From a bacterium (GTDB taxonomy: Bacteria; Patescibacteriota; Minisyncoccia; Moranbacterales; UBA2206): 64,000 nt of DNA. The notes beneath the pieces are model-generated. The model was given only the letters and a program-made list of their open reading frames with translations, was not told the DNA's origin and did no database searches. The stretch's first letter is position 1. Every line of letters starts with the position of its first letter. Shown one piece after another: positions 8,533-16,629 of this stretch. A program made the translations under genes and the position numbers. The stretch covers positions 1,471-65,470 of the forward strand of contig JAYSLY010000007.1 in NCBI GenBank assembly GCA_043725085.1, in the 5' to 3' direction.

Positions 8533-9267
8533 ATGGAGCAAGAATTATCCCAACTCGGCCTCACACCCAACGAAATCAAGGTTTATCTCGTACTTTTGGA
8601 ATTGGGCGAAAATACGGTGGGACCACTGATCAAGAAACTCGGGATGCACCGCCAAGTCGCCTATGATGCGCTCGAAGGCCTCAAAGAGAGAAATATGGTG
8701 CTTAGTTCCACCAAAAACAACCGCCTGATCTTTCGCATCGCCAACCCGCAAAATATCCTGGACAATATTGAACAACAAAAAATGGTGGCCAATAATCTGA
8801 TGGGTGAAATCAATGACCGCTTGGCCGGACAGAAAAAGGGCCAAGAAATCCGGGTCTATGAAGGCGAAAAAGCCTATCGTGATTTCATCCGCCGGAGAAA
8901 TGACTTGCAACCGCCCAATACGACATACATGGTTATGAGCGGAATGAGTTTGATATATAAAGATATGATGACCAAAGGCAGAATCTATGAACGGATCAAT
9001 CGCATTCGCAAAAAAAACAATATCAACACAAAAATTTTGATGAATGACGCCCATAGAAATGAAGCGGAAAAACTTCAGCGCGTCAACTCAGAGATTCGCT
9101 TTCTGCCGGAAGGCTTCAATTCCCCCACTTCATTTGACATCTGGCATGATTCCATCTCGCTCATCTCACACGCCAACGGCGTCTTCTGCATCGAGATCAA
9201 GAACGACGATTTTCACCGGTCCTATTTGACCTATTTTGAGTTGCTTTGGCAGATGGCGAAAAAATAG
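8533..9267 (+). CDS. TrmB-family transcriptional regulator
   Basis: LSQLGLTPNEIKVYLVLLELG...VAYDALEGL wHTH; IRVYEGEKA; YFELLW C-terminus. Confidence 0.88.
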   Translation: MEQELSQLGLTPNEIKVYLVLLELGENTVGPLIKKLGMHRQVAYDALEGLKERNMVLSSTKNNRLIFRIANPQNILDNIEQQKMVANNLMGEINDRLAGQKKGQEIRVYEGEKAYRDFIRRRNDLQPPNTTYMVMSGMSLIYKDMMTKGRIYERINRIRKKNNINTKILMNDAHRNEAEKLQRVNSEIRFLPEGFNSPTSFDIWHDSISLISHANGVFCIEIKNDDFHRSYLTYFELLWQMAKK

Positions 9268-9337
9268 AGTTGACAACTTCCCTATTATATGATACGCTAT
9301 TATTATCAAATATGTTAATAATTAAGTATCATTAAAT

Positions 9338-10033
9338 ATGAACGAAACTCAACTAACCAACTACATCAAAGAATTCGGCATCGCGCGCGACCAGATTTTG
9401 CGCGAAGAAGCGGAGATGGAAATTTTATCCGAACTTTCCAAAAGCAAATTAAGCGCGAACTTGGTTTTTTATGGCGGAACGGCTTTGCGATTAGCTTATG
9501 GCTCCCCGCGCTTTTCCGAAGACCTTGATTTATTGGTGATAAAAAAAATTAGTTTTGCCGAATTTAAAAACTTTACCGCAAGTTTAATTAAAAATCACAC
9601 AAATTGGACACTGAAAGATCTCAAAGATAAGCGCCGGATGATATTCGCTCTGGTTAGTATTAATGATGAAAAATTAAAGCATGCGTTTTCCGTCAAAATC
9701 GAAGTACACAAGCCTGAGCGCAAACCAAAATTAGAAACTGAACTAGCACTCGTCAAAAGCCCACTAAGCATCGCCGAGCCATTACTTTTAGTTCCAACAC
9801 TTACGGAACTAAAACGACTGAAAGAATCTGCCTTGGCCGGAAGAAAAAAAGGTCGCGATATTTTTGACCTTTGGTATATCGCCAAAGCTCTGCGTGAAAA
9901 TTTCATTCTGCCAAAAAATTTACCAAAATATGGAAAAAAAGAATTTCAAAATGAACTGCAAGTATTTTTGCCAAAAAAATACTACCCGGTCATAACTCAA
10001 CTCTATGAACAATTTGGAAATAAAACTAAATAG
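9338..10033 (+). CDS. AbiEii-family nucleotidyltransferase toxin
   Basis: FYGGTALRLAYGSPRFSEDLDL and RKKGRDIFDLW motifs. Confidence 0.9.
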   Translation: MNETQLTNYIKEFGIARDQILREEAEMEILSELSKSKLSANLVFYGGTALRLAYGSPRFSEDLDLLVIKKISFAEFKNFTASLIKNHTNWTLKDLKDKRRMIFALVSINDEKLKHAFSVKIEVHKPERKPKLETELALVKSPLSIAEPLLLVPTLTELKRLKESALAGRKKGRDIFDLWYIAKALRENFILPKNLPKYGKKEFQNELQVFLPKKYYPVITQLYEQFGNKTK

Positions 10034-10577
10034 AATCCCTAAAAGCTATTTTTCTTTTGCCGATGCCAGAAAAGTCGCCCGGTTGGATGATGCAAGTCTC
10101 CGTGTGGCAATCAGCCGCTTAGTTAAGGCTGGAAAAATAATCTCGCTAACCAAGGGCTATTATTGCCAAGATTTGGCCAAGCTAGATTTTCCCAGGCTAG
10201 CGCTGGAAATTTATGCGCCAAGTTATTTGTCCTTTGAATGGGTGCTTGGGCAAACCGGTATTTTGAGCCAAAAATCCTATGCCTTGACACTTGCAACCGC
10301 AAAACGCGCTCGTCAAATTGAAATCGCCGGCACAACTTTGATCTATCGCCATTTGCAAACAGATTTATTTTTTGGATATGAAATCAAAGATGGCTACCTA
10401 ATTGCGCAGCCGGAAAAAGCTTTTTTAGATCTCGCCTATCTGTCTCTCAACGGCTACGCGAAATTTGATGCGGAAGAAATGAACTTGACGCTACTTGATG
10501 AAAATAAAATAAAAAACTACTTGAAAAAGTTTGGGAGTAAACGATTGAATACATTGATAAACAACTTATTTGCATAG
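10005..10577 (+). CDS. AbiEi-family antitoxin
   Basis: RLVKAGKIISLTKGYY, PSYLSFEWVLGQTGIL, IAQPEKAFLDLAY; paralogous to 252-872. Confidence 0.85.
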   Translation: MNNLEIKLNRIPKSYFSFADARKVARLDDASLRVAISRLVKAGKIISLTKGYYCQDLAKLDFPRLALEIYAPSYLSFEWVLGQTGILSQKSYALTLATAKRARQIEIAGTTLIYRHLQTDLFFGYEIKDGYLIAQPEKAFLDLAYLSLNGYAKFDAEEMNLTLLDENKIKNYLKKFGSKRLNTLINNLFA

Positions 10578-10985
10578 AAAAAACGCAAACTTTCGTAAGT
10601 CCTATCTGACCTATTTTGAGTTGCTTTGGCAGATGGCGAAAAAATAGCTTTCAAACTAAACCTCGCTAATCACATCAAAGCCCTTGAAACTACCGGTAAT
10701 GGCCAGCCGATTACTTTTTTTGCCAAACCTCTTTCTTTAATCTTTCTGGCAATTTGGCAAGCCCCCCCCTGAATATCATCAAGTTGACAGTTTACTGTCA
10801 ACTGTCAACCAAATAGCAAGTATTGACAGGTGAGTCCTCACCAGTCAAGACTCACCTCCACAATCCCGCCAACCCAATACATCAAACAAATATTCAACTG
10901 TCGACAAATTGTAAATAAAAGAAATAATAGTGCGAAAATTCTGTTTTTATGCTAGTCTTTTAAAAGCATTAACTTCATAAATATC

Positions 10986-11858
10986 ATGCCCGAACTACCC
11001 GAAGTCGAAACTATTGTCAGTGATTTGAACCGAAAAATCAAAGGCGCGCGCATTCTTTCTTTTTGGTCTGATTTTCCCAAAGCGATCAAAGGCATGGCAC
11101 TTCCGAAATTCAAGCGTGAAATGCAAGACAAAAAAATTATTCGCGCCGAGCGGGTGGGGAAAAATATTTTTCTCCATCTTTCCGGCGAAAAATCTTTGCA
11201 CATTCATTTGCGGATGACGGGGCATTTACTCATCAAAAAACAAGATACAAGATACAAAAAGCAAACAAAGGAAAATACAACTTTTTTTAACGAGAAAGTT
11301 AATCAATATATTCACCATGTTTGGCAATTGGATAAAGATCGCACTTTGGAATTTTCTGATTTGCGAAAGTTTGCAACGATGTGGCTAATGGATACTAAAA
11401 ATATTTCCGCCTATCTTGTTGACAAAAAAATCGGCATCGACGCGATGGATGAGAAGTTTACTTTGATCAAATTCAATGATTTACTTGACCTGAAGCCGGC
11501 CATGCCGATTGGCATATTCCTCCTTGATCAAAGCCTGATTTCGGGCATCGGCAACATCTATCGCAGTGAAATTTTATTTTCCGCCGGAGTTTTGCCTGAA
11601 CGCAAAAATGAAAGTCTCGACAAAAACGAACGCAAAAAAAATTTTCGTGAAATGAGAAGGATTCTAAAACTGGCCATCAAAATGCGCGGAACATCCGACA
11701 GCGATTACCGTGACTCAGCTGGCGCGCCGGGACATTTTCAAGAAGTTTTGAAAGTTTATCGTAAAACCGGAGCGCCTTGCCCAGATTGTTTTGGAAAAGT
11801 TCAGAGAAAAACTATGGCACAACGCAGTGTGTTTTTTTGCCCGAAGTGTCAGAAATAG
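10986..11858 (+). CDS. mutM: Formamidopyrimidine-DNA glycosylase
   Basis: MPELPEVET N-terminus, HLRMTG, GIGNIY, C-terminal zinc finger CPDC...CPKCQ. Confidence 0.97.
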   Translation: MPELPEVETIVSDLNRKIKGARILSFWSDFPKAIKGMALPKFKREMQDKKIIRAERVGKNIFLHLSGEKSLHIHLRMTGHLLIKKQDTRYKKQTKENTTFFNEKVNQYIHHVWQLDKDRTLEFSDLRKFATMWLMDTKNISAYLVDKKIGIDAMDEKFTLIKFNDLLDLKPAMPIGIFLLDQSLISGIGNIYRSEILFSAGVLPERKNESLDKNERKKNFREMRRILKLAIKMRGTSDSDYRDSAGAPGHFQEVLKVYRKTGAPCPDCFGKVQRKTMAQRSVFFCPKCQK

Positions 11859-11955
11859 CCCCTTTTAGGAACATTCGGGAAATACAATATGGTCCTAATG
11901 TAATTAATTTAGATTATTTTTAGTAGTTCTATTCAATAGCATAAAAAGCTTTCGA

Positions 11956-11997
11956 GAAAAATAAGAGGCGGAAATTCTTGGTTCAAGAATTTCCGCC
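11956..11997 (-). terminator. Intrinsic terminator ending the Cys-rich operon
   Basis: 14-bp perfect stem GGCGGAAATTCTTG/CAAGAATTTCCGCC with a T-rich tail on the minus strand. Confidence 0.75.
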
Positions 11998-12031
11998 CGA
12001 GATGATGATTTTGGCATAAGTCACCTCTCCG

Positions 12032-12205
12032 CTAATCCGAGGTAACTACAATCAAAAGAATCTCTTCTTTTTCTCCATACAACCGGCAATGCTCTGCCAG
12101 CTTTTTCGGGCTTTGAATGACAAACCCGTTGTACCGCGTACAAATGTTTTTGCCTAGATGTCTAGCAAAAATACTAAAACAACAATTGCTGCATGTTTTT
12201 TCCAT
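12032..12205 (-). CDS. Small Cys-rich (putative Zn-binding) protein, 57 aa, absent from the ORF track
   Basis: MEKTCSNCCFSIFARHLGKNICTRYNG...EHCRLYG; AAGGAGG upstream; CxxC-C-HC pattern like the first protein of the operon. Confidence 0.6.
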   Translation of the reverse strand: MEKTCSNCCFSIFARHLGKNICTRYNGFVIQSPKKLAEHCRLYGEKEEILLIVVTSD

Positions 12206-12246
12206 ACTATGCCCTATGCCTCCTTTTTTCTATGGCCATTGAAATG

Positions 12247-12444
12247 TTAGTTCTCGCCGTTCGCGCAAGAATGAACCTGTATTGCGACGGCTTTTTCTAC
12301 TCTCTCTCCAGCCTTCAAGCAATATACATCGCCACTGTTATTATCAGCATAGCAAAGCATATCGCAACACATACACTGAAGACAATTTTTTTCATCAAGA
12401 ATTGTTGCTCCCAAGAAATGCGCTACTTCAGCTGTCTTAATCAT
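12247..12444 (-). CDS. Small Cys-rich protein
   Basis: ATG at 12444 with GAGGAG SD; NCLQCMCCDMLC...YC...HSC. Confidence 0.6.
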   Translation of the reverse strand: MIKTAEVAHFLGATILDEKNCLQCMCCDMLCYADNNSGDVYCLKAGERVEKAVAIQVHSCANGEN

Positions 12445-12494
12445 TTTCTTCTCCTCTTTTAACAGGTTTAATAAGCTGGATTTTCTTTTTGCCG

Positions 12495-12899
12495 TCAATT
12501 GCTACAGCAAAAGACCTCTGCAACTTTGTCGATTTTCATTCTTTTGGAAGTAAAAGGACATTTGCCTTTATGCCCACAACTTTCACTTCCACACACTCTC
12601 TTAATAATTAAAAAACAGTTAGCAGATTTTCCGCAAATTGAACATAGCGCAACCCTATTTTCCTGTCTCCTACTTGGTGCATAAGTGAATACCCGCCGAG
12701 TTGGTTTTGGAGAATCACCAATGCTAATTTCTTGTTGTACGACATCCTCTTCGATTGGTTTTTTCCCCATTCTGCAGTGGGGATTTTTTTCAGATCCCAC
12801 CACAGTAACACCATACGTTTTGCATTGACCGTCCTTGTAATAGCGACAGTCGACACATCTTTCAACCACCTCTTCTTGGTTAAGAGAAATTTGTAGCAT
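12495..12899 (-). CDS. Cys-rich protein with two putative Zn-finger clusters
   Basis: AGGAGGT SD before ATG 12899; CVDC..C..HC and CSIC..C..C..C..C..CC. Confidence 0.65.
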   Translation of the reverse strand: MLQISLNQEEVVERCVDCRYYKDGQCKTYGVTVVGSEKNPHCRMGKKPIEEDVVQQEISIGDSPKPTRRVFTYAPSRRQENRVALCSICGKSANCFLIIKRVCGSESCGHKGKCPFTSKRMKIDKVAEVFCCSN

Positions 12900-12953
12900 A
12901 TTTCCACCTCCTTTTGGCTGGGATAACATAAACTATTTGGATTAGAAACTACT

Positions 12954-13058
12954 AAATTGTTAAAGAAAAAACCGGCTCCCTTTCGAGACCGGCTTTGGTT
13001 TTTTAAAAATGATTTTTACTCGCGCTACATTATTTCATTTTCCAAAAACCAAAGCTGG
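12954..13058 (-). promoter_or_regulatory. Candidate transcription attenuator (terminator/antiterminator) with overlapping boxA-like motif
   Basis: Terminator GCCGGTCTC-GAAA-GGGAGCCGGT plus U-run; antiterminator CCAGCTTTGGTTTTT (13058-13044) pairs 14 of 15 with AAAAACCAAAGCCGG (13003-12989); TTCTTTAACAATTT at 12967-12954. Confidence 0.6.
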
Positions 13059-13120
13059 CCAGGGGTAATCCCGGACAAATTAATGACGCGCTTGGTTGTT
13101 TTGAAAACAATATTATTCAT
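13025..13120 (-). CDS. Putative leaderless leader peptide (31 aa)
   Basis: MNNIVFKTTKRVINLSGITPGQLWFLENEIM*; ATG lies 6 nt after TATATT of a TTGACA-16-TATATT promoter (13154-13127). Confidence 0.55.
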   Translation of the reverse strand: MNNIVFKTTKRVINLSGITPGQLWFLENEIM

Positions 13121-13295
13121 GCGCTTAATATAGCACTTATCTAATTTTTGTCAATTATTCCCTTTCAAAAAAACGATTAATGCGCTCCGCCCTACTCCTT
13201 TCGGCATTGGGCTCATTTTGCATTAAAAGACTTCTCTTTCCCTATTTTTAATTTTTGATGTATAATGGGAAAGTAATTTTTAAACCTAAAACTCA

Positions 13296-14393
13296 ATGGA
13301 AAATAAGCGAAAAGTTATTATTGCTGTTATTGCAATAGTAATCATCATAGTCGGGGCCGTCGTCTGGTCCAAAAAGAAAGGTCAAGCATCAAAAAAACAA
13401 ATTGATATCAATCAAAAAATTGATACTTCCACTCCCAGAAACCCTGCCGATGTCAGCTATCTTTCCGGATTGCCTTGTGATGATAAAGCCAGAAGGGCTG
13501 TGGCAGTAATGCAACCGGCTGATGTCGCCGCTCGTCCCGCTTCCGGTTTTTCAGATGCTGATATGGTTTTTGAAATGCCTGTTATCACCGCTTCAATCAC
13601 TCGCCTTATGGGCGTTTACGTTTGCGGAAATCCTGAAGATGTCGGGTCAATGCGCAGTGCTCGTCATGATTTTCTCAACATTGCTGCCGGACTCGATGCC
13701 ATTTTTGTTCATTGGGGACGCTCCAATATCCAAAAATTCAGAGACGTCTTGGATGCAAAGACCTATGACGACATGAACTGCAACAATGACGGCGGTCGTT
13801 CTGCTGAACAATATTGCTATCGAAAAACCGGCATGGCCCGCGGAGTTGACACCGGCTATGCTAAATTTGCTACCCTTCTGGAAGGCGCCAAGGCTTTTGG
13901 GTATAACTTGCAAAATAAGTTTGTCGGCTACCCACACAAGGATGAAGCGCCGCTTGACCAAAGACCAAATGGCGGACATTTGCGTGTTGCTTTCGCAAAA
14001 CCCTATGACGCCACATATGACTATGACAAAGCCAGCAACTCCTATTTGCGTTCTTGGGGTGGAACAGCTGATACAGACAGGAATAATGGCAAGAGAATTG
14101 CCCCAAAGAATGTGGTAGTCCTAATTGCTCAATCTGATCAATTGGTTGAAGGAGAACAATATAATAATGTTCAGCTTGGTGATCCATGGTTTGATTCAGT
14201 TGATGCCGGCGAAGCGCATTACTATATGAACGGCACAGAGGCGACTGGCACTTGGAAAAAAGACAAATCTGATGCAAAAAACAAGCTTTTCTTCTATGAT
14301 GCTAGCGGACAAGAAGTGCAATTTGTTCCCGGACAAATCTGGGTAGAAATCCTTGAACCAGGCCAAAACCTAAAATGGGAAGTAGTTAACTAA
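13296..14393 (+). CDS. DUF3048-family membrane-anchored protein
   Basis: N-terminal TM helix; ARPASGFSDADMVFE, ITRLMGVY, VGSMRSAR, PGQIWVEI. Confidence 0.85.
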   Translation: MENKRKVIIAVIAIVIIIVGAVVWSKKKGQASKKQIDINQKIDTSTPRNPADVSYLSGLPCDDKARRAVAVMQPADVAARPASGFSDADMVFEMPVITASITRLMGVYVCGNPEDVGSMRSARHDFLNIAAGLDAIFVHWGRSNIQKFRDVLDAKTYDDMNCNNDGGRSAEQYCYRKTGMARGVDTGYAKFATLLEGAKAFGYNLQNKFVGYPHKDEAPLDQRPNGGHLRVAFAKPYDATYDYDKASNSYLRSWGGTADTDRNNGKRIAPKNVVVLIAQSDQLVEGEQYNNVQLGDPWFDSVDAGEAHYYMNGTEATGTWKKDKSDAKNKLFFYDASGQEVQFVPGQIWVEILEPGQNLKWEVVN

Positions 14394-14426
14394 GCTCCCG
14401 CCTAAAGCAGTAACTGATGAAACTAT

Positions 14427-15401
14427 ATGCTTTTCTTTCTCTACGGCGAAGATAATTTCCAATCATACGAAAAAGTATTGGAGATAAAAAATAAGTTTTC
14501 TCTCAATGACAAATCCCGCGCGGGTTTGTCTTTGTTTGACGCAAAAGATTCAAAAGAAAGCGCACTAGAAAAAATCAAAGTCGCCCTTTCTGCTTCGGGA
14601 CTTTTTTCCTCAAAAAAATTAATTATCCTGCGACACGTCACTAGCGAATCGCCAAGCGATGAGCAGGCAAAAATCCTCAAATTCCTGAAGGAACGCACAG
14701 AAAAACTAAAAACCGACAATGATTCTGTTTTGATTTTTTGGGAAGCAGGGATTCCTCGAAAAAATAATGCGCTGTTTAAGTTTCTCTTGGAAAATTCAAA
14801 AAAACAAAATTTTGAAAAACTCGCCGGGCTAAAACTAAACCAATGGATTCTAAAAAAGCTTAAAGATATTGCGCCGGAAACGTCAATTTCCAACGATGCG
14901 CTGGAAAAATTAATCGCCTACGTGGGAAATGACACGGCACTGCTCACGCAAGAATTGAAAAAACTAACCAATTATTCCAACGCAGAAATAATTAGCGCCG
15001 AGACGGTTAATCTGCTCACAAAAGCCAATCTCGACAATAATATCTTTGAAACAATCGAGGCGCTCTCGGCTAATCAAAAGAAAAAAGCACTGGAACTCTT
15101 CCATCGCCATCTCGAAAATGGTGATGACCCATTCTACCTTTTCTCCATGTTCGTCTATCAATTTCGAAATCTCTTGCGCATTGCTTCACTCCAGGAAAAT
15201 GGAATTTTTAGTGAATTTGAAATTGCCAAACTCTCAAAACTCCATCCATTTGTCGTGAAAAAAAGTTTTCAACAAGCAAAAAATTTCGGTGAAAAAAAAC
15301 TGATCGCCATCCACAAAAAACTGGGCGCGCTAGACGCAAAAATCAAAACCGGGCAAGCGGAAATTAAACTAGCCTTGGATAAATTTATTGTGGAACTGTA
15401 G
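14427..15401 (+). CDS. holA: DNA polymerase III delta subunit
   Basis: LYGEDNF, GLFSSKKLII, QELKKL, HPFVVKK, DAKIKTG; convergent with rpsT. Confidence 0.93.
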   Translation: MLFFLYGEDNFQSYEKVLEIKNKFSLNDKSRAGLSLFDAKDSKESALEKIKVALSASGLFSSKKLIILRHVTSESPSDEQAKILKFLKERTEKLKTDNDSVLIFWEAGIPRKNNALFKFLLENSKKQNFEKLAGLKLNQWILKKLKDIAPETSISNDALEKLIAYVGNDTALLTQELKKLTNYSNAEIISAETVNLLTKANLDNNIFETIEALSANQKKKALELFHRHLENGDDPFYLFSMFVYQFRNLLRIASLQENGIFSEFEIAKLSKLHPFVVKKSFQQAKNFGEKKLIAIHKKLGALDAKIKTGQAEIKLALDKFIVEL

Positions 15402-15408
15402 CCACATA

Positions 15409-15630
15409 CCCTCCTCTCCCCTCGGGAGAGGACCTGCCCGAAATGCAATCGTTGCAGGCGGGTGTCACGTACTCGTGACAGGTGAGGGAAAGGGCGTTTG
15501 ATGATTTGATAGTCGTTCTTATTTATACTAACCTCTATTTTATATCGCCCTTGCCCTCATCCGCCCTTCGGTTTTACCTTGCTGAAGCTTTAGCGTAAGC
15601 AGGCCACCTTCTCCCGAAGGGCGAAGGGGA
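15409..15630. repeat. Inverted pair of GC-rich palindromic elements, each with a nested smaller palindrome
   Basis: 15409-15496 and 15546-15630 are imperfect inverted copies; inserts at about 15433-15462 and 15577-15603. Confidence 0.7.
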
Positions 15631-15637
15631 TATAGAC

Positions 15638-15670
15638 AAAAACCATCCGAAGTTCTCGGATGGTTTTTTT
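15638..15670. terminator. Bidirectional terminator between holA and rpsT
   Basis: AAAAACCATCCGA-agttc-TCGGATGGTTTTT. Confidence 0.85.
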
Positions 15671-15690
15671 ATTTCAAAAAGTAAGTAAAA

Positions 15691-15963
15691 CTATTTCTTG
15701 GTTACCAGCGCTTTCACGGCCTTATTCAATCTGGATTTTCTTCGAGCAGCTGTGTTCTTGTGCAGCACATTTTTTTCTACTGCCTTGTCGAGAGCTTTGA
15801 TGGATTTCTTGAGATATTCTGTCGCTTTTTCTCCGTCGGCTTTCGCAAGAGCTTCCTTGGTATATTTTATTGCGCTTCTAAAGGCTCCTTTAATTTTACG
15901 GTTTTTCTCGGTCTTCCTTTCGGTCACCCGCATATACTTCTTAGCGGCTTTTTTGATTGGCAT
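15691..15963 (-). CDS. rpsT: 30S ribosomal protein S20
   Basis: MPIKKAAKK...LDKAVEKNVLHKNTAARRKSRL. Confidence 0.97.
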   Translation of the reverse strand: MPIKKAAKKYMRVTERKTEKNRKIKGAFRSAIKYTKEALAKADGEKATEYLKKSIKALDKAVEKNVLHKNTAARRKSRLNKAVKALVTKK

Positions 15964-16005
15964 AAACTTTTTCTAAATTATTGATAAATTATGGTGCTGA
16001 GACAC

Positions 16006-16533
16006 TTAGATATTTTTAGCATGCTTTGGAGATTTTGGCAAGTTTTCCTCCTTTTTTACCAAAATAATCTTTCGCTTTTTCTCATCCATCCATTCAAATC
16101 CAAGCCAAATTGCCCGCCTTGGAATTATCTCTTTGATTTTATCCGCCCACTCAACAATGCAAATATTGCTTTCATCAGCAAGCATTTCTTCCCAGCCTAA
16201 ATTCAAAATGTCACCAGAACTAACCCGATACGCATCAAAGTGATATACTTTACGAATTCTACTATTCACCATTTTCTTATTATTGCTTGCCCCGTGTGAG
16301 CATAGCGATTTTACGGGGTCTCTTGTCTTGTACTCTTTCATCACCACAAAAGTCGGGCTAGTGTAGGGCTTTTGAGCTCCCAAACCTTCCAAAAGTCCTT
16401 GTGTGAAGGTGGTTTTTCCCGCACCAAGTTCGCCGGAAAGACAAATCACCTCACCGCCAGAAAGTTCCCGGGCAAGCAATTTCCCCAGCTTTTTTGTTTC
16501 AATGTGATTTTGCGTAATAAATTCTGTTTGCAT
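16006..16533 (-). CDS. tsaE: t6A biosynthesis ATPase TsaE, with an internal insertion
   Basis: GELGAGKTTF, SPTF, YHFDAYR, IVEWAD. Confidence 0.95.
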   Translation of the reverse strand: MQTEFITQNHIETKKLGKLLARELSGGEVICLSGELGAGKTTFTQGLLEGLGAQKPYTSPTFVVMKEYKTRDPVKSLCSHGASNNKKMVNSRIRKVYHFDAYRVSSGDILNLGWEEMLADESNICIVEWADKIKEIIPRRAIWLGFEWMDEKKRKIILVKKEENLPKSPKHAKNI

Positions 16534-16629
16534 TTTTCCAGTCTAGCGGATTTTTTTAATTTTGCAAAACCGTCTTTGTCGACTATAATAAAGCTACTAA
16601 AAATCGCTATGTTTTAATATTTTGTGCTT

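Larger units (their letters stand above)
9219..10647 (+). mobile_element. AbiE cassette bounded by 49-bp direct repeats of the trmB 3' end
   Basis: 9219-9267 and 10599-10647 match at 48 of 49 nt; TTGACA at 9270 just inside the left repeat. Confidence 0.65.

Noticed and set aside
9219-10647. 49-bp repeat as a DGR TR/VR pair
   Set aside because: The single mismatch is T/C and no RT is present; an insertion-associated duplication explains it better.
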